From NCBI RefSeq assembly GCF_018350175.1, contig NC_058384.1:66960001-67024000 (forward strand): a stretch of DNA of 64,000 bases, in the 5' to 3' direction. The stretch's first letter is position 1, and each line of letters opens with the position of its first letter. The position numbers and the translations under genes are program-made. The DNA comes from Felis catus (taxonomy: Eukaryota). The notes beneath the pieces were generated by a model. That model did no database searches, was not told the origin of the DNA, and worked only from the letters and a program-made list of their open reading frames with translations. This document shows, piece by piece, positions 51,001-64,000 of this stretch.

Positions 51001-54000
51001 TACGTCACGGACTCGGTGAAGAAACCGGCTCATGTGCCCCGTGGCTCATCTCCCCTCCTGGGTTTGTCTGTTTTCTTCCTTGCTTCAGCCAGCTTGTTCC
51101 TCTGTACCCGTGTTTCCTGTAAATGGATGTGGGCTCTAAGGCAGCAGAAAATGCTTCATTCTGTCCTTTTAATCAATAGCGTATTTTTAATCTTCTCCAG
51201 GAAAACAGATAGCATGAGTGGACAGGAAAGCAGGCATCTGTGGCAGGGAAGGCACGGAGTGCAGCGCAGTGTGACTGGCTCGCTCTGGAAACAGACACTT
51301 TCCTGTAGACGTCGTACAGGGAGAAGCCTGGAAAGGCCATCTGAAGATCGCTTACGCTCTCCCTTGCGCCCCTCGCGCGACCATCGGTGATAATGATGCT
51401 TTACGTTTCTGTCCCCAGCACTTTCGCTCTCGTTAGCTCACTTACTGCCGAGGCAGAGACAGTACGGGTCGCGTTCTCTTCATTTTGCAAGTTGTACGAG
51501 TGAGGCTCCGAAGGCGAAGTGGGGGATGGTGTGGAAAGCGGGACTTCTGACTCGGAGGGCTGTGGCCTTCCTGGCCCTGTGTGCTGCTCCCCTCCCACCA
51601 AGCCTGGGGGTTCCCCACTACCCTCGTCGTCCTCCAAGCTGGGCTATGAGCTGTGTAGGTCGCTGGGGCGGACAGAACCCTTCAGTACCCGGGTTCCCAG
51701 AAAACACGCAGGATGACAGATGCGGTGTGGCCGGCAGGCCTGCGTGACCGGACCGAGCGGGAGGTTCTGGCCCGTTTGAACCACACCGGGGATGCGCGGG
51801 TTCCGGATCTGACCGGGAGGAGCTTCAGGGGTGGAGGGGGCTGAGGACTGGCCATCCCAGTGTCCGGGGCGGCTTGGGGTGAGGTGGGAGCACCCAGACA
51901 GCGGGCAGGGAGGGGAGCCGGGGGAGGGGCGGGAGCTGGGCCAGGGTGGGTGGCAGGCACAGCCCTGCTCTGGTGCTTTCAGCTGGATGGAGGCCTGCCT
52001 GAAGGAGGAGCTTCCTCCCCCCGTGGAGCTGGAGGAGAGCCTCCGGAACGGGGTGCTGCTGGCCAAGCTGGGCCACTGTTTTGCGCCCGCCGTGGTCCCC
52101 TTGAAGAAGATCTATGATGTGGAGCAGCTGCGGTACCAGGTGGGGCGGGAGGCCTCTCCCTTCTACCGGCTTCCTCTTGCTTGCCCTTCTCCTTAGCAAC
52201 AAGGGACTCTTGCTAGGTGGGCCCTGGGCTGCCCCTGCCACGAGGCTTCTGAGCAAACTGGTCTACCCAAGTCTACGCTCAGAGGCCTGGGGGCTTTGCC
52301 GCCGTGAGGCTACTTCCTGGACGCGCCGCCCCTTCGCCACGCTCTGGCCGGCACAGCCCTGTCTCCTTCCCGCCTCACTCTGGACTCCCCTTTACTAGGA
52401 AGCCTTACTAGGTTGTTGATCCCCCGTCTGCCGTCCTTCCCAAACGTCCTGCTGGGTCATCCGTTCCTGGTGGCTTCCGTCTGTGACTCTCTCCTGGAGG
52501 GTCGGGGGACGGAGTATGGGAAATCTGCAGGGCAGGGTCCGCTGGCTCCCCACCCCCCACCCCGCCCTTCAGATCTCCAAGCCGCGGTCTGGGCTGTGCC
52601 CGTGGGGAGCTCTGAGAACCGTAGAAATAGATTCTCTTCTCTTTCCTTCCCTTTCAGGCAACTGGCTTGCATTTCCGCCACACAGACAACATCAACTTCT
52701 GGCTGTCGGCCATAGCCCACGTCGGCCTGCCTTCGGTAACGCTGGGCCTCGAGACTGGGGTGCATCTTTACTCTCCACCGGCCCCCCACCCCCACCCCCA
52801 CCCCCACCACGCACGCTTTGTCTCCCCGGGTCCTTCAGCCCTCGTCAGCACGTGTCTCCTTAGCTAACTTAACCTGAGGGTTTAAATTGCCTGCAGGTGT
52901 CTGTCTTTGAACCACGTTACTTGGTCTCTGCCTCTACTTCCTGTGGGCGAGGGAAGTGGAGGGAGGTGAAGGCCCCCTGACCTAAGCTGCACTGTCCCCA
53001 TTAGTGAGCGAGGCCCCCGTGCAACGCAGGGGATGCATATTTAGCCAGGCTTCCACCAGAATTTCGTGGCGTGATGTGGGCTTGCTACGGGCCACATCCC
53101 CTGGTGGTGGACTTGGAGGCCCGGGCCCGGGTCCCCTGTTGGCCACACGCGGCACGTCCCCTTGCCCTTTGGGTCTCAGCATGTTACTTGACTGTGAAAT
53201 GGGGATGGTGATCCCTGCCCTGTGTACCCCGGGAGGCTGTCAGGAGGACCGGGTGATGTGCGTGGGTTCCCTTTATGACTCCTAAGGAACTGTACCAACT
53301 AAGGCATGATAGGACTCTGCAGGGTTCTTCTTACAGGCAACTGTGCGACAAGGAAGCAGCAGTAAGGGGACTTTGGTGGGAGGCAGGAGTAACAGGGGCC
53401 AGCTGTCCTCAGTGAGGCTGGAACGCTGTTAAGTCTCTAGATTGGGTCCTTCCTGTGACCCTGAAGTAACCAAGAGGTTTTGAGCTTCGACCTCATGGGA
53501 GTCGCCAGGCGGAATGGGACGCCGTGTCTTGGAGGGAGGACTCAGTTCTTCGAGGGGACCCCACTGATCAGAGGCCCGTGGCCCAGAGACAGGGACGAAC
53601 GCCCTGTGCCCTCGGTGGTCCTGGACAGCGTGTGCCTCTTTGGGCCTTCCGAGGGAGCACGGCCGGCCCCCCAGCATGCCGCCTGCCTGGCGAGAGTCCA
53701 CAGGGGCACAGGCTCGCTGTGTCTACGGGATGCGCAGGGGGCCTCTTTCTCCCGGAGGACACGGCCTGCATCCTCTAACCGCAATAGTCTTGCCTGTGTC
53801 CCGTGAATCCGGCGATGTGCGTCTGCGCCTGGGCCTCGGCTCGCTTTCTTTAACACTTGGTGTGTGTGGCCACAGTGCTGGCTGTCAGAGGTTGGGGAGG
53901 CCGACTTCGAAGCCCCAGGCAACAAAAGAGTATCTCCCCGGGTCAGAGAGGAAGACCCATGCCCCAGCCCCTCTCTCCAGAGCTGGTGCTGCTTCACGTT

Positions 54001-57000
54001 TCCAGCGGCAGTAACCAGCTGCTTTCCCCTCCAGACCTTCTTCCCGGAGACCACAGACATCTATGACAAGAAGAACATGCCCCGGGTGGTCTACTGCATC
54101 CATGCCCTCAGGTGAGAGGCCCCAGACTTCCGTCTTCCAGGTGGATACAGGAAACATGGCCGCAGGAAGGAAGGCAGGCGCTTCTCAGGAGAGTGAGACT
54201 TCAGAGTTTTGCAGTTGTGCGTAGATTTATGCGCACGTTTGTGTGTGACCCGCAGGGGTGAAGGAAAAGGGCAGGAGGGAAGGGTCTTCAGTGTGTGCCT
54301 GGGGCCCAAAGGAAGCAAAACGAGCCGTCAAGAGCGTCACACGCAGCTCACCTAGCGGGAACGTTCAGGCTGTTTGGTTCTTCTCAGAAGCGGCCATCAG
54401 CATCCAGCTGGCTAGAGCTTAAAGCGGCCGACCAGTTCCTGCGTCTGTCGTGTCGTCTCGTCCTGACTTCATTTCCCACGTCCTTTTAAGCCCGCCCAGC
54501 TCTGCGGGTCTCTGCTTGCCTTACCCTCTGTGTCCGTCTGGTAACTGCAGTGTGCCCTTCTCTGTGAAGTCCCGATGCCCCCTGGCCTCTCGAGCATCGT
54601 ACTTACCTTCTGTAGCGCTTGCCTCGGCCTGACTTCCAGTAACATCGCTCCCCGTGGACTGGGGGGACTTGGGAGCAGGTGTGGTGGGCTCCCTGTCCAG
54701 GTCCCTGTGGCATCTCCTGCAGACCGTGTCAGAATAAATAGGCCCCAACGCCTTCCATTCTCTTCCAGTCTCTTCCTCTTCCGGCTGGGACTGGCCCCTC
54801 AGATACATGATCTCTACGGGAAAGTGAAATTCTCAGGTGAGCCCAGCTCCTTCCCCAGCCGCTCGTGCGGGCAGGGTCTTGGGGGCTCTGGCCCTGAGGA
54901 AAGGCACCTGTGGTGTCATTGCAGCCGAGGAACTTAGCAACATGGCCTCTGAACTGGCCAAATATGGCCTCCAGCTGCCGGCCTTCAGCAAGATCGGGGG
55001 CATTCTGGCCAATGAGCTGTCAGTGGATGAAGCTGCAGGTAGGGGTGTGGCTCTGCCCTGCTGGGGGGTGGGCTCTGTATGAAAGGGCAGACTCCAAGCC
55101 TCCAATGCATTCTGGCTGTCATCTGTGAGGTGACCTGGTTTGCGCGGCCCTCTGGATGGAAAAGGGGAATGGTGTCAGGGTGGCCTGTGGCTGGTCGCGC
55201 TGCGGCGGTCTGGGGTTTGTTCTGGCCTCCTGACCTTGTCTCCATGCCCCTCCCAGTCCACGCGGCGGTCCTCGCCATCAATGAGGCGGTGGAGCGAGGG
55301 GTGGTTGAGGACACCCTGGCTGCCTTGCGGAATCCCAGTGCTCTGCTGGAGAATCTTCGAGAGCCTCTGGCAGCCATCTACCAGGAGCTGCTGGCCCAGG
55401 CCAAGGCAGAGAAGACTGCCAGCGCCCAGACCCGAGTAAGGAGGAGCCTTTGCTGTGCAGGCATGGAGAGCGGGGTGGCCCAGAAGGCCTCCGGCGGACA
55501 GGACTCCGACACATCCTGTCTCCACGCCCCAGAGTTGCTGAGAGAAACGCTTGTTGGTTGTTGTAGAGAAGCAGAGGAGGCACCCAGGGATGAGGATTCA
55601 GGAGAGAAGGCGGGAGACGGGTTCTGGGGACTGGATCTTCTGGCCGGGCTGAGGTGGGGACGTAGAACTGGCCAAGACTGGACAGGAGATTTGACTTAAC
55701 CGTGTCCATGCCAAGGGCTTGAACCCAGGGGTTCTCCAGATTCCTTCTTCTTCTTTTTTTTTTTTAATGTTTATATATTTTTGAGAGACAGAGTGCAAGC
55801 AGGGGAGGGACAGAGAGAGAGGGAGACACCGAATCCGAAGCAGGCTCCAGGCTCTGAGCTGTCAGCACAGAGCCCGACATGGGGCTCGAACTCATGAACC
55901 GTGAGATCATGACCTGAGCCGAAGTTGGACGCTCAACCGACTGAGCCCCCCAGGCAGCCCCAGATTCCTCCTGACCAGGCTGACCTTTGGCCTGGGAAGG
56001 CGCCCAGGGGAGGGAAGAATTGGAGACAGGGAGGGGGGAGCAGGAGAGGACTGAGCTGGTTTCCCAGGTCTCCCTTTCGGCATGGTCCTTGCAGGATGGT
56101 GGAGAAAGCTGGGACATATATGACTGCTACCTGACTCAGGCTGAAATCCAGGGGCACATCAACCACGTCAACGGTAAGAGACCTGGGTCAGGAGGGCTTC
56201 AGGGTGCTCCCAGGGCAAGCCCCCGCATCGGGAGGTTCAGGGATAGCTCTCAGGCCAGAGGCCCTGTAGCCTCACTTGGGCCAACCCTGGTCTCAGGGAA
56301 AGACCAAAGTCAAACAGCAGGGTGTGTGTTGCTTTTCGGCTCTCGCTGTCCGGAGAAGTGACCCTGTCCGGGGGGTTTCTGTTTGAATGGAGATCCATGG
56401 ACAGGGCAGAGGCAAAGGACAGACCTTCCAGCTCTTGCTGCTAGAAGGGCAGCTGGCCCGGGGTCCTGGGAGAAGGAGCTGCGAGGAATGGACGGGGTGG
56501 GGCGGACACGAGGGCAGGAGGGGCTGTTTGGAGGCCCAGGATGGAGTGGGCATCTGCCTGTTGGGGTCAGGATGTCCTCCCCGTCTGGGATGGGGAGGAG
56601 GGGAGGCTGCCAAGATCAAGGTTTAGGGTGGGGGGTCATGCTGGGCAGGAAGAACAGGGCAGGTCTGGGGTGGACCAGCTGGGCTTCTGCACATTGTTCA
56701 TTATGGGGTCTTGGTCTTTGCAGTCCATGGGGCTCTAGAAGTTGTTGATGATGCCCTGGAGAGACAGAGCCCTGGGGCCTTGCTCGAGGCCCTTCATGAC
56801 CCTGCCCTGGCCCTGCGCGGAGTGAGGAGAGACTTTGCTGACTGGTACCTGGAACAGCTGAGCTCAGACAGAGAACAGAAGGCACAGGTCAGCTGATTAC
56901 CTGCTCCCTGCTCTGTCTGTCTGCTGTGGGATGGGGACCGCCTCTTCCTTAGGCATCCCCTCCGTCCCCTCCTTGTATTCAGTAAGTGCTGACTATGTGT

Positions 57001-60000
57001 GTAAATGGTTACATCACCCCAAAGCCTGATGGCCCAGACTGACCAAGGGGTCCCCGGGGGCAGCCGGCGAGCAGTGACGTGCTCCCCCATGGCCGAATGG
57101 GGGCCTCAGCGACGAGAGATCTCGTCCTCGCTGCCATTGGCTTTCTCCATGACACTCTCCTCGTGCTGCCTGTGTTGTTAGTTCAGTGCCTGCTGCGTAA
57201 GAAAGAGCCAGACTTAGAGGCAGGGAGGTGGGGGTGGGTGGGCCTGGGAGCCCGTGAGGGCAGCTCCTGTGAGAGCTCTCTCCTACATCACCTCTTCCCC
57301 TCCCCAGGAGTTGGGCCTGGTGGATCTTCTGGAAAAGGAGGAGGTCCAAGCTGGTGTGGCTGCAGCCAACGTGAAGGGTTATCAGGAGCAAGCCAGTAAG
57401 TCACTTCCAGGCTGAGGCCTTCACTGCGGCATCTAACCCTCGGCCGGCTTCTGTATAGGGGTGTGTAGGGTGATGCAAACTGCTGCCCACGTTTCCAGCG
57501 GGCCCTCTCCCCTCCCTGGTGTGCCCGGGCCCAGGCTGCCTGCATGCACACTACAGACGGGTTCCTTAAGGCCTTAGGGGTAAGGACAGTCAGTCCTGCA
57601 TCAGGCCGGCTCCTGGGGCAGACAGTTTCCTTCAAGGGCACTTGCCCTGTATCTGGACGGTTTCAACCTGCTTGAGTCCTTGCCTCTCGACTGTAGTGAG
57701 AAACTCATGATCAGCTCACTTTCCCTTAAAAACATTATCTACAGGGACACCTAGGTGACTCAGTCGGTTAAGTGTCCAGCTCCGCTCAGGTCTTGATCTT
57801 GGGGTCGTGAGTTCAAGCCCCCCACTGGGCCCCACGCTGGGCATGAAGCCAACTGAAAAACAAAACTTCACATACAAATACAATTTTTTATTAGAGGAGT
57901 GTGGCCTGGTGATCGTGTCCCTCCCGGGAGGTCAGCGTGTGGCAGGGGTGAAGTGAAGCAGAGTTGGGGGGGGGAGGGGGGTGCCACAGCCTGTGGCCAC
58001 CAGCCCCGTTTCAGCCGTGTAACTCCGTCCTGACCTGCCGTTAGAAGTCGCGTACGGGCGTGAGACGCTCACCTCTGTGTCGCGTGTCTTCGGGCCTTCC
58101 TGGCCTCTTCCCTGACTCGGCCTGGACTTCGGTCCCATATGCTCCGTGAGGCAGATGAGGCCTCCGGTGCCCCCTCCTCTTGTCACACGCCCATTCCGCC
58201 CGGTCGGACAGCCCGTCCTTCCCTCGCTGTCCCGCTGCCAGCCCTTCGGTCGTCCAGGCTGCTTTCCTTGTGCACTTTCACCCGTGGAAAGCGGGTGATG
58301 GCATCCGTCAGCGCCGCCTCTGCCCCTTCCGTCCCCCGTCTCCCACCAGGACCCCTCCTTCCCCGGCTGCCAGAGCTCTGGGGGCGGGAGGCAGCGCTGG
58401 CACGGAGTGGCCGGTGTCTTTGGACCCTTCTCCCCAGGGGATGCATCCTGATAGCAGGGCCTGCATCTGCTCGGCACTTCCCAAGCCCCGGTGTTTGAAA
58501 TCGGAAACCCCGCTGGTGCCCCGTGGCCCCTCCAAGCTCGCTCCTGCCCCTTGTGGCCCAAGCGGCTCCACCTGCCCCTCTGTGCTGTCGGCGAGATGTG
58601 GCCCCTGGAGCCCTTGACTGACCTCTTCTTAGCCGTGCCCCGTAGCCTCCTGCCGGTCTTGTGTCCACCGCCCCTGCGCCTCCCCCCGCCAAGGCGGCCG
58701 CTCTGCCACCCGCCAAGCTGCTCCGTCTCTGGGCCTGACGCACTGCTTCTTTCGGTGCCTCGCAAAGTGACTCGGCACCCCTCCCTCACACACACTTAGA
58801 AGCTCGTTCTGGACCTAGCAGAAGGCAGAACGGTTTTGAAGAGGCGTTTCCCCCTCGGGTACCCCAGCAGAAGCCAGTCAGCCGGGAGACTAGGACGGGC
58901 CCTGGACGCCCGGCCCGTACAGCCCTCTCCCCCCTCCCCTGCAGCGCTCCAGGCCGTGTGCAGGATCAACGGAGCCATCCGGAGGGGAGTGGCGGCTGAC
59001 ACGGTGGCGGAGCTGATGTGCCCAGAAGCCCGGCTGCCTCCGGTGTGCCCCCGCGCCCCGGCTGTGTACCAGCAGGAGCTGGCAGTGCTCCAGCAGCAGC
59101 AGGGAGGGGTGAGCCCCAGAAACGAGGGTCCTGCCCCCGCGTCCTAAGCAGTGGGGGGGGCCCGGGGTGGTCCGTGCAGAGCACCCTCGGAGGGATCCTG
59201 AGCTCTCCTAGTAGCTAGCACTCTTGAGCGGACGCTGCCCTACACGGTCACTGATCCTTGCTAGAACCCTGGTGGGTGAGGAAGATTTCCATTTAGAGGT
59301 GAGGGAACTGAGGCGCAGAGGTGGATACGGTTCCTGACGGCCGTGGCCGGCAGTGCTGAGAAGGCGTGCTAAGCCGGCTGCGTGGAAGTCTGTGCCTGTC
59401 ACCTCTGTGTGCCCCCTCACCCCTGTCCAGATGGCTTCCGAGACATGGAGGTGACAGAGCCCTCCTGCAGGGAAGTCCCAGTCCCTGCAGGAGTTGGAAC
59501 ACACCTGAGGGTCCAGATAGTCACAGGGAGGGAGAAACGGATGGTGTCAGTGGCAGAGGACTTCAGACTAGGAAATGGAGGGAGCAGAGCTGGGGTAAGT
59601 CCGGGAAGGCTTCCTGGAAGAGAGGAGACCCGTGGAGAATCCTACCCACAGAGGGAAGTTTAGAGCACGACCCCAGTCATGGCCTTCGGGAAGGGCACGG
59701 TCTCCATACCGGTGACTGCAGTACGAGGCAGAGAAGGCGAGCCCTAGGAGGTGACGCGCGGTGACCCGGGCCACGGACGGCAGAGCGGGAGTCGGCTTCT
59801 GGCTCTGCTGTGTCCTCACTGTGCGACCTTGGGCGTTAGTTCCTTGTCTGCTCTTCAATTCATGTGTGAAATGGGAACAATAACATAATTCCCCACAGGA
59901 TTGTTGTGAGGGCTACACGCGTCACCGCACGTGCTTAGAAGTGACCCCGGTATATGAGCTCAGCTGCTGTGACCCTTATCTGCCGTACTCCTTCTGTACG

Positions 60001-63000
60001 GGACAGGGAGGTGCTCTAGAAGGAGGGAACAGCACGCGCAGGTGTTTGGAAGGGAGGAGAAAGCTGGGCCGGGAAGCGGGGCGTGTGGTGCCGTGTGGAG
60101 GGGCCCTGTGTCCCCCTCTCTGTCTCCCGGGGCCTTGCGCCCTCCCTGGCGTGTGCCAGGAATCAGAAGGGAGTCGGTGCGTCTCTCTGGCTGAGCGTGG
60201 GCTCTGGAACCAGGTGGCTAGCTTCAACTTACACTGTGTGCTCATCTGCAAAGTGGGGACATTAACGGTACCTCCCTCGCTGGCCTGTTACGAGGACAGA
60301 GTGAGTGTGTGTGGAGCATTTACCCACTGAGCACACGGTGAGCACACTCAGTGTTGGGCACAGTGAATTAGCGAATGAGTTGGGGCTTGGGATAGAGACT
60401 GGGATGTGGGAGGGCCTTGGGGGCAGGATGGCAGTGGCCCCAAGCCCTTGACCCGCCCCACGGAATCGGTGCTCCCCTGTTGTAGGAGCTCGGCCACGAG
60501 GAGCTCTTTGTGGCCGTGGAGATGCTGTCAGCCGTGGTCCTGATTGACCAGGCCCTGGAGGCCAGGGATGTCGGCGGCTTCTGGAGCAGTCTGGTGAACC
60601 CCGCCACGGGCCTGGCCGAGGTGCAAGGAGAGAACGCTCAGCGGTGAGAAGGTTTAGCAGGTGTGAGCGGGAGGGGGCGGAGCCAGGACTCCACCCTCTG
60701 CCTGGGACCCAGCCTTCTGCGAGGTTCCTTGCTCCTGAGCCCAGGCCCCTCTCTGGGGCTGTTCGCAGCCCCTGGCCCGTGACTCGTCCTGGGAGGGGGG
60801 CTCAAGCATCCCCCCTTCCTCCATTCCTTGTGCTTTCGTAGAGGTTTGAGTCCCGCCCTGTGCCAGGTACTATCCCGGGTGGTGGGAAACGGCAGTGAAC
60901 AAAGCCAAGTTCCGGCTCTCATCCAACCCACGTGCTCGTAGAGGGGACAGGCAAAGCCAACGTGCCGGATGACTGGCAGGGAGGAAGAGCCATGGCAGAA
61001 CCAGAAGGGGCCGAGGGGGAAAAGGCTGGGGACAGGCGGGGGGTTAGGGAAGGCCCCGTCGGTAAGGGGGCGTTGAGAGGGACCTCGGGGCATCTGTGGT
61101 TGCGGGGAGCTGCGTGGGGCACAGGCCCAGAGCAGGACATTGCTTGGTGTGTGCAGGGAGTGCCGTGGAAGCCGGCGTCGCCAGGCAGAGAGGGCCGAGC
61201 GGTGGCTGTGAAGCAGTGGGGGCCACGCCATAGCTTGGGAAGGGAGCCACAGGAGGGTTTCAGTGAGGAGGGGCCGATGTGACCTTTTGCCAGGCTCTCG
61301 GTGGCTGCTGCACTGCGGACGGCTCCAGGGTTGATCAGGACGGGCAGGCAGCCTCCAGGCCAGGCGCAAGGAAGTCATGGCCGAGGGCAGCGGGTGTGGG
61401 TGGTGGCGAAGGGGAGTCTGCTCCTGGGTCTGTTCCCCAAGTGGATCTGATGGGACTTGGTTGCGTGTGGATGTGGCTGTGAGGGGGAGAGCGTGGTCAC
61501 CTGTGGCTCCAAGATTTCCTCCCTTAGAGATTGGAGTGTGTGTTGACAGGAGTGGGAAGGACTGGGGCACACAGGCCAAATGGAGGTGCAGAGCTCAGGC
61601 GTGAGCGGCAGGCGTGTGATCACATCCGGCATCCGCGGAAGGAGCGAGGAGGCCGCTGGCGTTTGCGCACGGGTGGCGGGTTGGGGAGACCTTAAGGTTT
61701 CGGCGTCCTGAGCCGTGAGGTCAGGGTATGAGTCTGGAGACCGAGCGGTGGGAGGCTGGGGCACGCGGGGCTCGGGCAGGGCGGGGAGCCAGCACAGGGG
61801 CCTCGGAAGAACAGTGGACAAGGGGAGAAGAGTAGGAGAGCGTGGTGAGCCCCCTGACTTCCCGCTGGTGGGGCCCCCGCTGCCCACCCTCTCTCCCTCT
61901 GCTGCCAGTTACTTTGATGCGCTGGTGGCGCTGCGGCAGGGGCGTGCGCCAGACGGCGTCTTGAGCTGGAATGACCTGCAGGCCACCGTGAACCAGGTCA
62001 ACGCTCAGGTGCAGGAAGAAACCGATCGTGAGTGGAGTCCAGGGCGGGCAGAGGCAGCCCATCCCTTACCTAGTCCCTCTGCCCACCGACGTGTGTCTTG
62101 CCCAGAGGTGCTGGCGGTCAGCCTCATCAACGAGGCTCTGGACCAGGGCAGCCCCGAGAAGACCCTGTCGGCCCTCCTGCTCCCCTCGGCTGGCCTGGAC
62201 GACGTCCACCTGCCTGTGGCCCCTCGGTACCATCTCCTCCTTGTGGCGGCCAAAAGGCAGAAGGCCCAGGTGAGGTCTGCGTCGGTCGCTGGAGCAGAAA
62301 GAGCATCCGCCGTGGGCGGAGCTGTGCCCAGGATGCACCTGGGGCCAGCCCAGTCTGATGAGAGTCCCCTCTGGGGGTGGAGGGCAGGAGGGGCCGTGGG
62401 GGTAGGTGGCCCCACGGCCAGGGCACTGGACCGAGCTCCGGATGCCAGCACGCAGAGAGTGGTGGGGGCTTGTGCGTGGGTAGAGCACAGGCCTGGGGGC
62501 CAGAGAACGAGGCTGGACTTCCTGCTCTGACACTCAGCGACGTTGTGACCTCCAGCAAATCCCGTGTCTCTGAGCTCTGCTAACGCGTCCGTAACACGCT
62601 GCATGCGCTGGTTCTACGTGCCTTCCGGAATGGGGGAATCACACGATCGGAGAGCGTGGTGGGGTCCTAAGTCTGTAGCGCCCTGAGCCCATGGTGGCGC
62701 GGGGGGTTGGGGGCTAGACCTGCTGGGCCAGACGCCTCAATGTGCATCCTGGTGGGCTGACCCTGCCCACGTCCTGCTGTTTCCTCACCTGCAGACACGG
62801 CATGACAGTCGACGTGTCTCGCGGTCAGGGGTTCGGGGACATGGCGTGCTGGTAAAGCTGCCTGGGTTCTTCCCGGGCCGAGCATTGTGGGCTTTACAAA
62901 AGCCGGTTCCAAAGAAAGTGCTTTAGAGCGCTGCCTGGAGCACAGCGGCCCGTCACGTTCTGTTTAGAAAGGTTCTCCCATGGGGCGTCTGGGTGGCTCA

Positions 63001-63818
63001 GTCGGTTAAGCATCCGACTTCGGCTCAGGTCATGATCCCACAGTTCGTGGGTTCGAGCCCTGCATCGGGCTCTGTGCTGACAGCTCAGAACCTGAAGCCT
63101 GCTTCGGATTCTGTGTCCACCCCCCCCGCCCCTCCCCCGCTCACGCTCCGTCTCTCTCTCAAAAATAAACACATTAAAAAATTAAAAAAAAAAAAAGTTC
63201 CTCCTGTCTGTGAGGAGGGTTGGCAGGGAGCGAAGTCTGGGGTTGGGGCTGGGTGAAGGGGGGTGGGGCGGTGGGGAACCAGCCTGACCCTGAGGCCTGC
63301 ACAGACTCTCAGCCTGTGGTCACACATAGCCTGCCACGCCTGGTGGTGTAGAAGGTTTGGAGCAGGGATGGGAAGGACAGAGGGGAGGCCAGGGTCAGGG
63401 TCGGCCCGAGAAGGTGCACAGTGAGGCACAGGGGCGCAGGAGCAGGGCAGGTGCAGGGAGACTTTGGTCCGGGCTCTCCTGGGACGTGGCTGAGGCACAA
63501 GGGCAGGGAGGTGAGCTGCCCGGAGGGTGGAGGCTCTGGGGGTGCTGCGGCCAAGCTGAGTCGGTGCTTGGCCAGCCTGAGAGCAGTCCCGGACCGAGCC
63601 TTCTGAGCCTGGCAGCAGCCCACCGGAGCAGGTGACAAGGCCATGTCTGCACGCGGGTCCTCGCACAGCTGAGCTTGGGGCCTGCCTGGCCCGGCTCTCA
63701 TCTCTCCCACATCTCTTGACATCCCAGGCAACGGGGGACCCCGGAGCGGTGCTGTGGCTGGAAGAGATCCGCCGGGAGGTGGTTCGAGCCAACCAGGACA
63801 CGAACGCCGCACAGCAGA
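45088..63818 (+). CDS. IQGAP3: IQ motif-containing GTPase-activating protein 3, exons 1-16 (CH domain and IR repeats; first 608 codons; 3'-incomplete in window)
   Basis: Exons: 45088-45124, 47531-47618, 51983-52139, 52658-52735, 54035-54111, 54769-54836, 54925-55038, 55257-55435, 56095-56173, 56724-56887, 57308-57395, 58945-59108, 60486-60643, 61909-62027, 62106-62269, 63728-63818. All GT-AG, phases chain with no stop (1825 nt). Peptides such as YERLTAEEMDEQRRQNVAYQYLCRLEEAKRWMEACL, LHFRHTDNINFWL and FFPETTDIYDKKNMPRVVYCIHAL match recalled IQGAP3. Confidence 0.97.
46023..46050. repeat. (GT)n microsatellite in IQGAP3 intron 1
   Basis: Seen directly; a shorter one lies at about 46222-46236. 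Confidence 0.9.
46580..47917 (-). mobile_element. SINECs 46580-46783, 46788-47003, 47748-47917
   Basis: Characteristic structure; they flank IQGAP3 exon 2. Confidence 0.88.
47940..50760 (-). mobile_element. Long degraded L1M relic in IQGAP3 intron 2 with nested SINECs (48630-48801 -, 49229-49467 -, 49470-49569 -, 49772-49878 +) and an (ATCC)n repeat (about 48582-48631)
   Basis: L1 3'UTR/ORF2-like antisense text (e.g. cagatgtgcgttttgcaaatattttctccc, ttttatagttctgcattttacatttaag); ORF-track fragments 49471-49695 and 49901-50285 resemble L1 ORF2 C-terminal peptides. Confidence 0.8.
55752..63197. mobile_element. Intronic repeats of IQGAP3: SINECs 55752-55962 (-), 57745-57865 (+), 62981-63197 (+); MIRs about 59200-59340, 59780-59940, 60190-60380
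   Basis: SINE heads and tails; MIR cores (gtgcgaccttgggc...aattcatgtgtgaaatgggaacaataac; ctcatctgcaaagtgggg). Confidence 0.8.
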
Positions 63819-64000
63819 GTACGTGGGCCTGGGGGGGGGGCCCTGCAGGAGTCTGTGGCCGGGGTGGGGTGGGGGCTGGGGGAGGGAAAGAGGTAAGGGC
63901 TCCCCACCCAGGGAGATGGGCCAGAACCAGAGCAGGGCCTTGCTGCTCGGACTAGAGGGTGGGCTTCCAGCAGCCGGGCTGGCAAGTCTCAGGGGGCTGA

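Overview
Mammalian genomic DNA, most likely from a felid (dozens of tRNA-derived carnivore SINEs of the SINEC/Can-SINE type, plus 3' ends resembling carnivore/felid L1). It holds a conserved five-gene block: HAPLN2 (-, complete CDS, 340 aa), GPATCH4 (+, complete CDS, 403 aa), NAXE/APOA1BP (-, complete CDS, 288 aa), TTC24 (-, TPR region intact, 3' exons irregular) and the first 16 coding exons of IQGAP3 (+, runs off the window end). I built the exon chains by hand from splice dinucleotides, phase continuity and recalled human protein sequences; no alignment or database search was run. The rest is SINEs, old L1, MIR, MaLR LTRs, microsatellites, CpG islands and one 450-nt N gap. I see no evidence of a wholly new multi-gene system. 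The best leads are: a C-terminal CaaX box (CTIM) on TTC24; apparent remodelling of the TTC24 3' end (in-frame stop in the exon-9 equivalent, an AG>GG last acceptor with an in-frame alternative 36 nt upstream); a 447-nt stop-free in-frame intron with a weak donor inside the GPATCH4 G-patch; uORFs in the GPATCH4 leader; a divergent CTCF motif pair between HAPLN2 and GPATCH4; and a 5'-inverted L1 inserted into a 31-bp minisatellite.
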